A stretch of 64,000 nt of DNA from the sequence record PP885688.1, one strand, 5' to 3'. The notes below the pieces were generated by a model. The model was given only the letters and a program-made list of their open reading frames with translations, was not told the DNA's origin and made no database searches. Of this stretch, positions 48,543 through 56,955 are shown piece after piece. The stretch's first letter is position 1, and every line of letters begins with the position of its first letter. The position numbers were made by a program, and so were the translations under genes.

Positions 48543-48988
48543 AAGAAGATCAAATATTCAAGCTGGTGCAGACCGCCCGGGGACGTCGCAGTTTCATCAA
48601 AGCGATCGAGCGTGAGTTCGATAACGAGCTGAACTGGAATCGCGAGCAACGTAGGCTTCCGAGTGCGCCGAGGAATCCACGTGTCCGCAACAGCGAGTTC
48701 ACCTACCTCCGCTCCGCGTACAGCGAGACCATGACCTTCCCGATGAGCCGCATCAGCGACCCGAGGGAATGGAAAAACTTCTCTCACTATGCGTTCCCGG
48801 CTCTGCTCAACCAGCTGAAGAAAGACGATGAGCGTGTGCTGAAGGGAATCGCTCTGCAACCTTGGGAGTTTGCGCTCAGGACCGGAGAAGCCGGAAAAGG
48901 TTACAGCCATGTGGTCACTTTCACCGGCTACCTCTTCTACGCCTACCGCAGGGACCCACAACACCCTTCGTCGTTCGTCATCTTCTAG
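48539..48988 (+). CDS. Hypothetical protein
   Basis: GTGA overlap; GAGAGG SD. Confidence 0.6.
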   Translation: MKEDQIFKLVQTARGRRSFIKAIEREFDNELNWNREQRRLPSAPRNPRVRNSEFTYLRSAYSETMTFPMSRISDPREWKNFSHYAFPALLNQLKKDDERVLKGIALQPWEFALRTGEAGKGYSHVVTFTGYLFYAYRRDPQHPSSFVIF

Positions 48989-48996
48989 GAGTTCCA

Positions 48997-49272
48997 ATGC
49001 TTGATTTCAGTAAGGTAAACCGCGCACCTGCCACCGAGATGGAGAAGGTCCTGATGGAGACCGTAGCCATGCTCCTGCCCAACGTCCAGAACATGAGTCC
49101 ACGGATGTGGTGGCTGATCGAGAACATGCTCAAGCAGCACTGCCCGGGCTACGTGCCCCTACCACCCAACGACGACCGCGTGTACATGGCGGGTTGGGAT
49201 AACGCCGAACGTGAACGCGCCCGCGAGCGGACCGGCATCCATCGGACCTTCGATTCCGATCTGGAGGTGTGA
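48997..49272 (+). CDS. Hypothetical protein
   Basis: AGGAG SD before ATG 48997. Confidence 0.6.
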   Translation: MLDFSKVNRAPATEMEKVLMETVAMLLPNVQNMSPRMWWLIENMLKQHCPGYVPLPPNDDRVYMAGWDNAERERARERTGIHRTFDSDLEV

Positions 49273-49318
49273 ATCTGTCTTCCGCCCTCCGTAGGTAGAA
49301 GCACACGGAGGTATCACC

Positions 49319-50038
49319 CTGAACCAGAGGAAGCAGAAGAACCGCAAGAAGCCGCCCGTAGCTGCACCTGTTGAGAAGTCCGTCGACAGACCGCTCAAAC
49401 TTCGTATCAAACTGCGCCCTCGGAACGGGAGTCAGACAGAGTATCTCGACTCCATCGACATCAATGACATGACCTTCGGCCTCGGCCCTGCAGGCACCGG
49501 TAAGACGTGGCTCGCGGTCGGCAAGGCAGTAGAGGCTCTGCTCGACAAGCGAGTGGACCGCATCATTCTGGTCCGTCCGGCTGTTGAAGCGGGTGAGAGG
49601 CTGGGCTTCCTGCCTGGTGATCTCAAGGAGAAGGTGGATCCGTACCTTCGTCCGCTCTACGACGCCCTCTACGACTTCCTCGGCCAGGAGAAGGTCGACA
49701 AGCTGCTCGACGCCAACATCATCGAAGTGGCTCCACTCGCCTTCATGCGTGGACGTACGCTCAAGAACGCGTTCATCCTCTGTGACGAAGCTCAGAACAC
49801 CACGGTTGAGCAGATGAAGATGTTGCTCACACGGTTCGGCGAGAACTCGAAGGCTGTGATCAACGGAGACCTCTCCCAGGTTGACCTACCCCGGGGAACC
49901 AAGTCAGGTCTCGAGAAGGTGACGACACTGCTGAAGGATGTTCGCGGTATCGGCTTCCATCGGTTCGAGGCCTGCGACGTTGTCCGGCATCCTCTGGTGG
50001 GCCGGATCGTTGACGCGTTCGAAGCTGATCTGAAGTAA
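49319..50038 (+). CDS. phoH: PhoH family ATPase
   Basis: [42 protein letters not shown]; open frame extends to a CTG 7 nt after GGAGG. Confidence 0.93.
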   Translation: MNQRKQKNRKKPPVAAPVEKSVDRPLKLRIKLRPRNGSQTEYLDSIDINDMTFGLGPAGTGKTWLAVGKAVEALLDKRVDRIILVRPAVEAGERLGFLPGDLKEKVDPYLRPLYDALYDFLGQEKVDKLLDANIIEVAPLAFMRGRTLKNAFILCDEAQNTTVEQMKMLLTRFGENSKAVINGDLSQVDLPRGTKSGLEKVTTLLKDVRGIGFHRFEACDVVRHPLVGRIVDAFEADLK

Positions 50039-50042
50039 CACG

Positions 50043-50076
50043 ATGCCGGGGCCAACCAGCCCCGGCATTTTTCTTT
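50043..50076 (+). terminator. Intrinsic terminator
   Basis: ATGCCGGGGC/GCCCCGGCAT stem plus T tract after phoH. Confidence 0.8.
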
Positions 50077-50082
50077 GCGAGA

Positions 50083-50115
50083 TATACGGTGTAGCGCCTC
50101 CTCGATGGGTATTAG
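50083..50115 (+). promoter_or_regulatory. Class 1 promoter (TATA-N20-GGGTATTAG)
   Basis: Motif match. Confidence 0.8.
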
Positions 50116-50140
50116 CGAAAGACAGACCCGGAGAGCACAC

Positions 50141-51133
50141 ATGAGCATTATCAAACCCAGATTGTTACGCGCGGCATATGTTGCCGGTAGGGCCACAAAG
50201 GGAACGCTGACCATCGACCCAGAGGGATCGAATAGCCTGCTGATCGATGAGGACGACAACACTGTCGCCATCGTTGCCTTTCGCAACACAAACGGCCAAC
50301 CGGGCATTGACCCCGCCAACCTCGATGAGAAGTATGCGAACTGCGAACGTATCGTCGCGTGCTGGAACTTCTGCCGAGGCCTCCCCACTTCTTCGTTGCA
50401 GAGCGCCGCTCCTCTGTTGGAGTTGCTGACGACCGCTGACTATGCGAGTGACTTCCTCCCCGGCCAGGACGACCGAGACCAGCGCGATCTACGCAAGGAA
50501 CTCCAGGAGATCCTCGCGACCTTCTCGCCACGGACGCCGGAGCTGCAGACGCAGATCGATACCGTCACAGACCGCCTCCGGTCCGCAAACATCACTGATG
50601 ACAACACACCTATGTACGACGTTGGCGATCGCTGGGAACGCGCGAACGGCTTCCACGATCCTGCGATCAGCATCCCCACGCCAAAAGACATGAACGACGG
50701 TTGGGCCCATAGCGGCGTCGATGATTCAACCTCCGGCTTGATCAAGGAGCTCAAGGGATTCTTCGCCGACGACAGGCACGAGCAGCTGATGACCGCCTTC
50801 GCGGAACAGCGTGAGGTAGAGCAGATCCTCTCAAGCACGGACGGAGTCCTCACGGCACCGGCCACTGTCACAGCCGAGCAGATCACCGAGCTGCGCGAGC
50901 ACTGTGAGGCGGCCAAGAAAGACGCCGACTTTCAGATCGTCACCAGCCACGAGGTCAATTGGATCGAGGTACCTCTGACCAGCGACACCCCGGTCATCGA
51001 CTCCATGGAGAGGTTCCGCAACCAGATGGAAGTGGGCCTCGGTATCGCCCCTGGGTGCAACTGCGTCGGCACCAAGAGTGGTCACGATGCCGGTTGTCCG
51101 AAGGCCGCCCCTACCGTGGACGTCATTGCCTGA
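50141..51133 (+). CDS. Hypothetical protein
   Basis: GGAG SD before ATG 50141. Confidence 0.7.
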   Translation: MSIIKPRLLRAAYVAGRATKGTLTIDPEGSNSLLIDEDDNTVAIVAFRNTNGQPGIDPANLDEKYANCERIVACWNFCRGLPTSSLQSAAPLLELLTTADYASDFLPGQDDRDQRDLRKELQEILATFSPRTPELQTQIDTVTDRLRSANITDDNTPMYDVGDRWERANGFHDPAISIPTPKDMNDGWAHSGVDDSTSGLIKELKGFFADDRHEQLMTAFAEQREVEQILSSTDGVLTAPATVTAEQITELREHCEAAKKDADFQIVTSHEVNWIEVPLTSDTPVIDSMERFRNQMEVGLGIAPGCNCVGTKSGHDAGCPKAAPTVDVIA

Positions 51134-51369
51134 TGCCTCCGACCTACCACTTCGGAGTCGACTACGGCTGCGGTAGGGACCGCACGTTGATCACGGTCGT
51201 CCTCGTCGGTTCAGCGGTCACCAACGGATCGGAGATCGTCACCATCGTCGACGCTCCCTGCGGCAACAACTATCCACCACCTGACCACACACCCGTAGCC
51301 AAGCCACCACTGGGCAAGCGCAAGTCGTACCGCCAGACCCAGAGAGACCTTCCGAAGTTCCTAAAGTAG
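51133..51369 (+). CDS. Hypothetical protein
   Basis: TGATG coupling. Confidence 0.55.
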   Translation: MPPTYHFGVDYGCGRDRTLITVVLVGSAVTNGSEIVTIVDAPCGNNYPPPDHTPVAKPPLGKRKSYRQTQRDLPKFLK

Positions 51370-51378
51370 GAGAACCTG

Positions 51379-51729
51379 ATGACCTTGTCTGCCCTTGAAA
51401 CAGATGCCTCGACGAAGAACGCCGGTGAGGTGCTCCACCAACTCATCAGCTCGCACGTAAATCTCTTCGCGCACGACTACATGGTGCTGGAACGCGAAGC
51501 GATGATCTACGGCATCGTCATCGGCTGGTCGGACAAGGAGCTCAGCTACCTCGCATCCTTGCACCGATGGAGCGACGAGGACGTATCTCGGCTGAAGTCC
51601 TGGCATGCCGCCTTCGAGGCTGCGTTCTTCCAGCCCAAGGTACGACAGCTCAACCCGCTCCATGCCTTCGGCGAGGACCTCGACTTTCTCGCTGAACTCG
51701 TCGGCATTCCACCGAGGCTCGCCAAGTAA
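51379..51729 (+). CDS. Hypothetical protein
   Basis: AGGAG SD. Confidence 0.6.
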   Translation: MTLSALETDASTKNAGEVLHQLISSHVNLFAHDYMVLEREAMIYGIVIGWSDKELSYLASLHRWSDEDVSRLKSWHAAFEAAFFQPKVRQLNPLHAFGEDLDFLAELVGIPPRLAK

Positions 51730-51741
51730 TTCTGCCCAGTT

Positions 51742-51774
51742 GTCATCTTTGGTTCCCTGAGGTTCGTAGGTTGA
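51742..51774 (+). promoter_or_regulatory. Class 2 promoter
   Basis: GTCATCTTT-N15-GTAGGTTGA; leader carries GGAGG SD. Confidence 0.8.
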
Positions 51775-51790
51775 AACCAGGAGGACCTTT

Positions 51791-52360
51791 ATGCATGCCG
51801 CACCCGAACCCCTTGAGGAGTACCAGGATCTTATGTACGAACATCTGACCAGCGACTACACCATCCGCCAACACCCCAACCCAGTGCTCTATGAGATCGC
51901 TGAACCGATCGCCGAGGATGAGTTCGGCGATGAGCTGTTCGCTCTGGGTGCGCAGATGGTCGCCATCGTGAAGCAACACGACGCCCTCGGTATCGCCGCG
52001 AACCAGATCGGCCTGCTCAAGCGCATCTTCGCCATGGAGTCCACCCTCGGGCCTGTCGTGATCTGCAACCCGGAGCTCACACTGAGCAAAGAGACTGACT
52101 ATAGGGATGAGGGATGCCTGTCCATGCCCGGCGTACAGGAGCAGGTCATCCGCTCCACCAGTCTGCTGATGAAGTTCCGTACTCCGATGGGTGCACCGGC
52201 CTCCATCCAGCTCGAAGGCCTCGACGCGCGTATCGTGCAACACGAAGTCGACCATCTTGACGGAATCAACTTCGTCGACCGCCTCCCGCGCAACCTGAAG
52301 AAGCGTGCGATGAAGTCGTGGGAAGAAAAACTCGCAAAGATCAAAAAATCTGCGGCGTAA
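51791..52360 (+). CDS. def: Peptide deformylase
   Basis: GIAANQIG, EGCLS, QHEVDHLDG. Confidence 0.93.
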   Translation: MHAAPEPLEEYQDLMYEHLTSDYTIRQHPNPVLYEIAEPIAEDEFGDELFALGAQMVAIVKQHDALGIAANQIGLLKRIFAMESTLGPVVICNPELTLSKETDYRDEGCLSMPGVQEQVIRSTSLLMKFRTPMGAPASIQLEGLDARIVQHEVDHLDGINFVDRLPRNLKKRAMKSWEEKLAKIKKSAA

Positions 52361-52361
52361 T

Positions 52362-52394
52362 TTCATCTTTGGACCCTCCAGGTTTGCAGGTTGT
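52362..52394 (+). promoter_or_regulatory. Class 2 promoter variant (TTCATCTTT-N15-GCAGGTTGT)
   Basis: Two mismatches in downstream element. Confidence 0.6.
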
Positions 52395-52433
52395 GGATAG
52401 AGAGATAAATATTTCGGTTTTCCACCGACCACA

Positions 52434-52466
52434 TAAACGGGTAAGTGCCCTTCGCTTGGGTATTGA
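52434..52466 (+). promoter_or_regulatory. Class 1 promoter variant (TAAA-N20-GGGTATTGA)
   Basis: Motif match with mismatch; tandem with class 2. Confidence 0.65.
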
Positions 52467-52504
52467 CCACTGTACGAGCGAAAAGCTCGACCTGGAGGAT
52501 TCAA

Positions 52505-52996
52505 ATGTCTACCGCTACCATGCCGCACATCACCATCAATGGCAACGACTACGAGATGGACGGCTACAAAGTGTCGCACCGTCAGAATATGGGCATCAGC
52601 GCCCCTCTGACCGCACCGGCAGAGATCGATTTCCAGAAGAATTTCATGAAGCCGCTGTACCGCAAGCTGACTCTCTCCGAGAAGCTCAGCCTCCGCTTCC
52701 GCAGCCACACTTTCAGCTGGCCGCATCAGCGCCAGGACGCCCCCGCACAGCTCTGCTACCCCAACTGGAAGCCACGCGCCAAGCGTAAGGCCTCCGTGAA
52801 GGGCGAGCCCACCGAAGTCGTCTTTGACTCCCACCAGATCTGCACCACCACGGGCGCGATGCGCTTCTATGACAGCGTCAACATGGTCGCGGGAGAGTAC
52901 TTCGCCTGGACTGACGCCGGAGCCCGCTCTGAGCGCCAGCAGAACCCATTTGATGTACTGACCACCGACGAAAATGACTTCGGGATCGCGCGGTAA
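52505..52996 (+). CDS. Hypothetical protein
   Basis: GGAGG SD before ATG 52505. Confidence 0.7.
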   Translation: MSTATMPHITINGNDYEMDGYKVSHRQNMGISAPLTAPAEIDFQKNFMKPLYRKLTLSEKLSLRFRSHTFSWPHQRQDAPAQLCYPNWKPRAKRKASVKGEPTEVVFDSHQICTTTGAMRFYDSVNMVAGEYFAWTDAGARSERQQNPFDVLTTDENDFGIAR

Positions 52997-53045
52997 CCCG
53001 TGTCCAGAGCCGCCGTCAGCAACCTCCTAAAATTTCCCATTTCAA

Positions 53046-53078
53046 TATTGGGTGCACAGAGTCTCCGAACGGTATTAG
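53046..53078 (+). promoter_or_regulatory. Class 1 promoter (TATT-N20-CGGTATTAG)
   Basis: Motif match. Confidence 0.7.
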
Positions 53079-53128
53079 CCCGCAGGAGACTTTATGAAAA
53101 CCGAAATTCTCAACAACGGGGGTTCGCG

Positions 53129-53494
53129 ATGAGGACCCCTTACAACCTCGAAGAAGCGGAAGCGACCTTTGGTATCGAGCGCGTCCGCAGACCAAGCAGG
53201 AAAGAGCGCCGGTCTCACGCAATCAGAATGGCACGCAAAAAGTGCCTCCTCTGCGACAAGTGGGGCTACTACTCCGAGGATGCTACCCGCATCATCATCA
53301 GCCGGATGCTCAGCAACGGCTCACTGGCGGGACCGGACATGTTCACCTTCCGCCCTTATCAGTGCGCCAACAACTGGTGGCATACCGGACACGACTCAAA
53401 GGCTCGCCGTCTCCTCCGCGACAAGGTTGAGATGGACTCTCACCGGGCCATGCTTCGGGCACAGCGATGCTGCAGTACTTCAGCAGCTGCATAG
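53129..53494 (+). CDS. Hypothetical protein with CxxC/C..H motifs
   Basis: CLLCDK...YQC...WHTGH; coupled to a 12-aa uORF. Confidence 0.6.
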   Translation: MRTPYNLEEAEATFGIERVRRPSRKERRSHAIRMARKKCLLCDKWGYYSEDATRIIISRMLSNGSLAGPDMFTFRPYQCANNWWHTGHDSKARRLLRDKVEMDSHRAMLRAQRCCSTSAAA

Positions 53495-53499
53495 CTCAC

Positions 53500-53549
53500 T
53501 GGGGATCGGGCTACGACACTGGGTCGCCGATCCCCATTTTTTCTTCTTT
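53500..53549 (+). terminator. Intrinsic terminator
   Basis: TGGGGATCGG/CCGATCCCCA stem plus T tract. Confidence 0.75.
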
Positions 53550-53554
53550 CGAAA

Positions 53555-53587
53555 GTCATCTTTGGCCCGACGGGCTTTGTAGGTTGA
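53555..53587 (+). promoter_or_regulatory. Class 2 promoter, leaderless
   Basis: AAAGTCATCTTT-N15-GTAGGTTGA-GGAT-ATG. Confidence 0.8.
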
Positions 53588-53591
53588 GGAT

Positions 53592-54734
53592 ATGAGCACA
53601 CTTCTTGAAGCCGCGATGAGCGTTAGCATGACGCTCCAGAACGATAGACACAGCAAGTCCTACTTCGCCGCCATCGAACAGGTTGAAGGTGGGTGGGTCG
53701 TCAACTACACCTACGGCGCGATCGGTGCGATGCAGAAACCCGGCACTAAGACCAAGACCCCTGTCCCCTACGAGAAGGCCTTCGGCATCTGGACCAAGCT
53801 GGTCGGCGAGAAGCTCAACGACCCTTGCGACTGCTGCGGTGCGACCTACACCGGGACCAACGCGACCGCGACCACATCCGAAGGCACCACCTCTGTCTCC
53901 GCCCCCGTGCTCGCGCAGACTCATCCCGGCTTCAGCCCTGAGCTCCTCGAAGCAATCGGCGAGGAGGATGCCGACAAGTACATCCTCGACGACCGCTACG
54001 GCGCTGAGCGTAAGTTCGACGGCGAGCGCCTGTCGATCTCCTACGTCGCCGGAGAGATCATCGGCTACAACCGTCTGGGTAAAGTCGTCCCGGCCCCTGA
54101 CTCGCTCAAGAAAAAGATCGCCTTCCTCATGGACTGGCGCAGCGAGAACGCCGTCCAGATCGACGGTGAGTGGATCCGCGACGAGTACGTTGCTTTCGAC
54201 CTGCTGGTCCTAGGCGGCGACGTCAAGCACCTCCCGATGAAGACTCGCCACAAGATGCTCACCGAGCTCCTGGCGACCACCGGCATCAAGGTAGCAGACC
54301 TCGTCACCGGCAAAGAGATGAAGGCTGCTCTCCTCGTCTGGGAGACAGCACATCGCGGCGAGGGCATCGTCTTCAAGAAGCTCTCCGCCCCGTACATGCC
54401 GGGACGTCGCGGCACCAACGTCAAGCTGAAGTTCTGGGTCTCAGCCACCGTCCGCGTCACCCGCAAGATGAAGAACAAGGACGCGCACAGCTTTGGCATC
54501 GAGGCCCACACGCCCGGCTCGCCTCTGGGTGAATGGGGCTTCGTCGGCAACGTCACCTGCAAGGGACCGCTGCCTGAGATCGGCACCTACCGTGAGGTCA
54601 AGTACCTCTACGTCGGCAAGGGCGGCCACCTGTACCAGTCCGAGGACCTCGGTGCACGTACCGATGTCACCGCTGACGACTGCCTCTACTCCACGCTGAA
54701 GCACAAGCAGGACAAGGAGCTGCTGGCTGTCTAA
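53592..54734 (+). CDS. ATP-dependent DNA ligase with N-terminal WGR-like domain
   Basis: ERKFDGER, IDGE, AFDLL, EGIVFK, KLK motifs; N-terminal SKSYF...VNYTYGAIG. Confidence 0.85.
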   Translation: MSTLLEAAMSVSMTLQNDRHSKSYFAAIEQVEGGWVVNYTYGAIGAMQKPGTKTKTPVPYEKAFGIWTKLVGEKLNDPCDCCGATYTGTNATATTSEGTTSVSAPVLAQTHPGFSPELLEAIGEEDADKYILDDRYGAERKFDGERLSISYVAGEIIGYNRLGKVVPAPDSLKKKIAFLMDWRSENAVQIDGEWIRDEYVAFDLLVLGGDVKHLPMKTRHKMLTELLATTGIKVADLVTGKEMKAALLVWETAHRGEGIVFKKLSAPYMPGRRGTNVKLKFWVSATVRVTRKMKNKDAHSFGIEAHTPGSPLGEWGFVGNVTCKGPLPEIGTYREVKYLYVGKGGHLYQSEDLGARTDVTADDCLYSTLKHKQDKELLAV

Positions 54735-54752
54735 AAGTTTGTTTCGCTGAAA

Positions 54753-54785
54753 GTCATCTTTCGCTTGTTTCACTTTGTAGGTTGA
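54753..54785 (+). promoter_or_regulatory. Class 2 promoter, leaderless
   Basis: AAAGTCATCTTT-N15-GTAGGTTGA-AAAT-ATG. Confidence 0.8.
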
Positions 54786-54789
54786 AAAT

Positions 54790-55584
54790 ATGAGCACACA
54801 CAACAGCCCGAACCTGTCAGACGTAACCAACATGATCGCCGAGCACGGCGACAACCTGGCATTCGTGGTCAACATGAGCGGCGGTAAAGACTCTGTACGT
54901 ATGCTCGGCTTCATCCGTGAACACTTTCCACTCCAAAAAACGTACGTGGTCATGGCCGACACCGGTTTCGAACATGCGAAGCCCGTGTCGGCTGAGGACT
55001 GGGCCCGGCAGATCAGCGCCAGCTACGGCCTCGACCTCCATGTCGTCAAGAATCCCAACAAGACCTACCTCCAGATGGTCGAGAACCGCAAGATGTTCCC
55101 GTCGGCCTCGACCCGCCAGTGCACCTCGGACCTCAAGCGCGGTCCGATCCAGAAGTTCATCCGCCACCTCGACGAGAAGGTCATCATCAGCGTCATGGGT
55201 ATTCGCGCCGAAGAGTCACCGGCTCGCTCGAAGCAGAATCCCTGGAAGTTCAACGCGGGCATGTCCAAGGCCGGACGCATCATCTGGGACTGGATGCCGA
55301 TCTTCGAAGAGACCCTCACCGAGGTCCTCAACTGGCACCACGAGAACAACGTTCCCCTTCACCCGGTTTACGTCGAGGAGTATCACCGCGACGGCACCAA
55401 GGGTGGTTTCCTGCGACGCCTCTCCTGCCGCGTCTGCATCTTCTCCACCGACCACGACCTCCGCGAGATTTACAAGCACGATCGCGAGGCCTTCGACCTA
55501 GTCGCCAATCTCGAGACCAAGATCGGCTTTACGATGAAGTCAGGCAAGAGCCTGTTTCAGATCCTCGGCCAGGAGGCCGCATAG
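54790..55584 (+). CDS. PAPS reductase-family (adenine nucleotide alpha hydrolase) protein
   Basis: PP-loop SGGKDS, ADTG, RQCTSDLK, GIRAEES, RLSCRVC. Confidence 0.85.
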   Translation: MSTHNSPNLSDVTNMIAEHGDNLAFVVNMSGGKDSVRMLGFIREHFPLQKTYVVMADTGFEHAKPVSAEDWARQISASYGLDLHVVKNPNKTYLQMVENRKMFPSASTRQCTSDLKRGPIQKFIRHLDEKVIISVMGIRAEESPARSKQNPWKFNAGMSKAGRIIWDWMPIFEETLTEVLNWHHENNVPLHPVYVEEYHRDGTKGGFLRRLSCRVCIFSTDHDLREIYKHDREAFDLVANLETKIGFTMKSGKSLFQILGQEAA

Positions 55585-55752
55585 ATGGCTTGCGAATGTT
55601 GCACCAATGAAGTTGAGTTCGAAGTGTCGATGATCAACAAGAACGGCTACGATCTCACCGACCACGTCATGGCGCATACCGCTCAAGAGGCTATGTTCCG
55701 CGCTGAGCTCAGACATCTCCCCTACACCGCCCAGAAAGCGATCGCCATATGA
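55585..55752 (+). CDS. 55-aa hypothetical protein (not in ORF track)
   Basis: AGGAGG SD; ATGA overlap with next gene. Confidence 0.5.
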   Translation: MACECCTNEVEFEVSMINKNGYDLTDHVMAHTAQEAMFRAELRHLPYTAQKAIAI

Positions 55753-56120
55753 GCAACACTCCCACCCTTCGCCCTTACCAACAGGAAGCATTAGCAAGCA
55801 TCGAGCAGATCCTTGCCCAGGGACGTAAGTTCCAGATCCTGGCCGTAGACGACAGTGCTCCACTAGGCAACGCCCTCGACAGCTACCGTGAGGAGCTCCT
55901 CGACGAGCAGCGCCGCATCACCGCCCAGGAGATCAAGTTCTTCTTCTTCGACGGAGAGAAGGTCATCAAACGTGCGGGGGAACCACCTCTACCACGCGGC
56001 ACCTACTTCGCCGCCCACTACATCATCACCGACGGCGTCGTCACCAAGGACAAGGCGACCGGCACTGAGGTCGAGCACATGGTTATGGCGGCAGTTCGCG
56101 CGGATGCGGAGGACCTGTGA
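55749..56120 (+). CDS. Hypothetical protein with LRPYQ helicase Q-motif-like N-terminus
   Basis: TLRPYQQEAL but no Walker A. Confidence 0.55.
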   Translation: MSNTPTLRPYQQEALASIEQILAQGRKFQILAVDDSAPLGNALDSYREELLDEQRRITAQEIKFFFFDGEKVIKRAGEPPLPRGTYFAAHYIITDGVVTKDKATGTEVEHMVMAAVRADAEDL

Positions 56121-56434
56121 TCGCCTTCCCGAAAATGCTTGGGCTCCCAGAGACGAAGCCGCAGCTACGGGTCTACCGCGTGAGTGGACTCTGGAACGAC
56201 GTACGTGCGAAGAACCGGCACAATCAAGCCAACTTCGTGTGCGCCGCTGCAAGCAAGGCCGCATTCTTTCGGCTTTACCCCGACTTCCGTAACAACGAGG
56301 TCGCCGTTGAGCTCAGAGGTCCCGTCAAAGCCCTCGCACGCACCAAGCCCGGCGCTCTCTTCGCCCTGGGTATCACCGACTGGACCGGACACTTCGTCGA
56401 GGTCACAGACATGTCGACCGTGAGGCGGGGATAA
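56117..56434 (+). CDS. Hypothetical protein
   Basis: GTGA overlap; GGAGG SD. Confidence 0.6.
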   Translation: MIAFPKMLGLPETKPQLRVYRVSGLWNDVRAKNRHNQANFVCAAASKAAFFRLYPDFRNNEVAVELRGPVKALARTKPGALFALGITDWTGHFVEVTDMSTVRRG

Positions 56435-56436
56435 CG

Positions 56437-56658
56437 ATGAGCGTGATAGCAGACGGTTACTGGATCGTCGAATGGGATGATGTGACAACAAACTTCGAAA
56501 AGGCCACCTATCGCGGTGTTGTGCGTGTCGAGCGAGAAAACTTCGGCCACGGTAACGCCAAGGTCTACACGACGGTGCCGCACTTGAAGAACGTTTGGAA
56601 GATGGAAGAGTTCGAGAAGTACAACCGGTTCATCCGGCCTGTGGAGATGTGGCCATGA
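56437..56658 (+). CDS. Hypothetical protein
   Basis: ORF in run. Confidence 0.55.
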   Translation: MSVIADGYWIVEWDDVTTNFEKATYRGVVRVERENFGHGNAKVYTTVPHLKNVWKMEEFEKYNRFIRPVEMWP

Positions 56659-56888
56659 TGATCTGGTCACTCCAGTGGAGCCGAGACCAGGGCAACTTCG
56701 TGCGCCTTGAAAACGTGCACTTCGACCCCGAGCTAACTGAATGCTGGCTGCAGGACGTCCGAGAGCGCCTGCCCGACACCATCGTCATGGTTCGCTACCC
56801 AAAGCCCACCGTCGAGGAGATGGAGAACAGTCCTGAAGCGATGCAGCTGGAGCTGGAGCATGCCCGCGAGTATGCCCAGGCCGAGTAA
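56655..56888 (+). CDS. Hypothetical protein
   Basis: ATGA overlap. Confidence 0.55.
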   Translation: MMIWSLQWSRDQGNFVRLENVHFDPELTECWLQDVRERLPDTIVMVRYPKPTVEEMENSPEAMQLELEHAREYAQAE

Positions 56889-56904
56889 ATTTCTTCCCCC
56901 CAAA

Positions 56905-56937
56905 GTCATCTTTTGCGCATCCGCCTCTGTAGGTTGA
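56905..56937 (+). promoter_or_regulatory. Class 2 promoter
   Basis: AAAGTCATCTTT-N15-GTAGGTTGA; leader carries AAGGAG SD. Confidence 0.8.
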
Positions 56938-56955
56938 GAATAAGGAGCAACAGAG

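Noticed and set aside
51743-52834. 363-aa minus-strand ORF
   Set aside because: Antisense to def and the downstream gene; spans promoter elements oriented the other way
53500-53549. Hairpin as a possible tRNA fragment
   Set aside because: No D or T loop consensus; fits an intrinsic terminator with U tract
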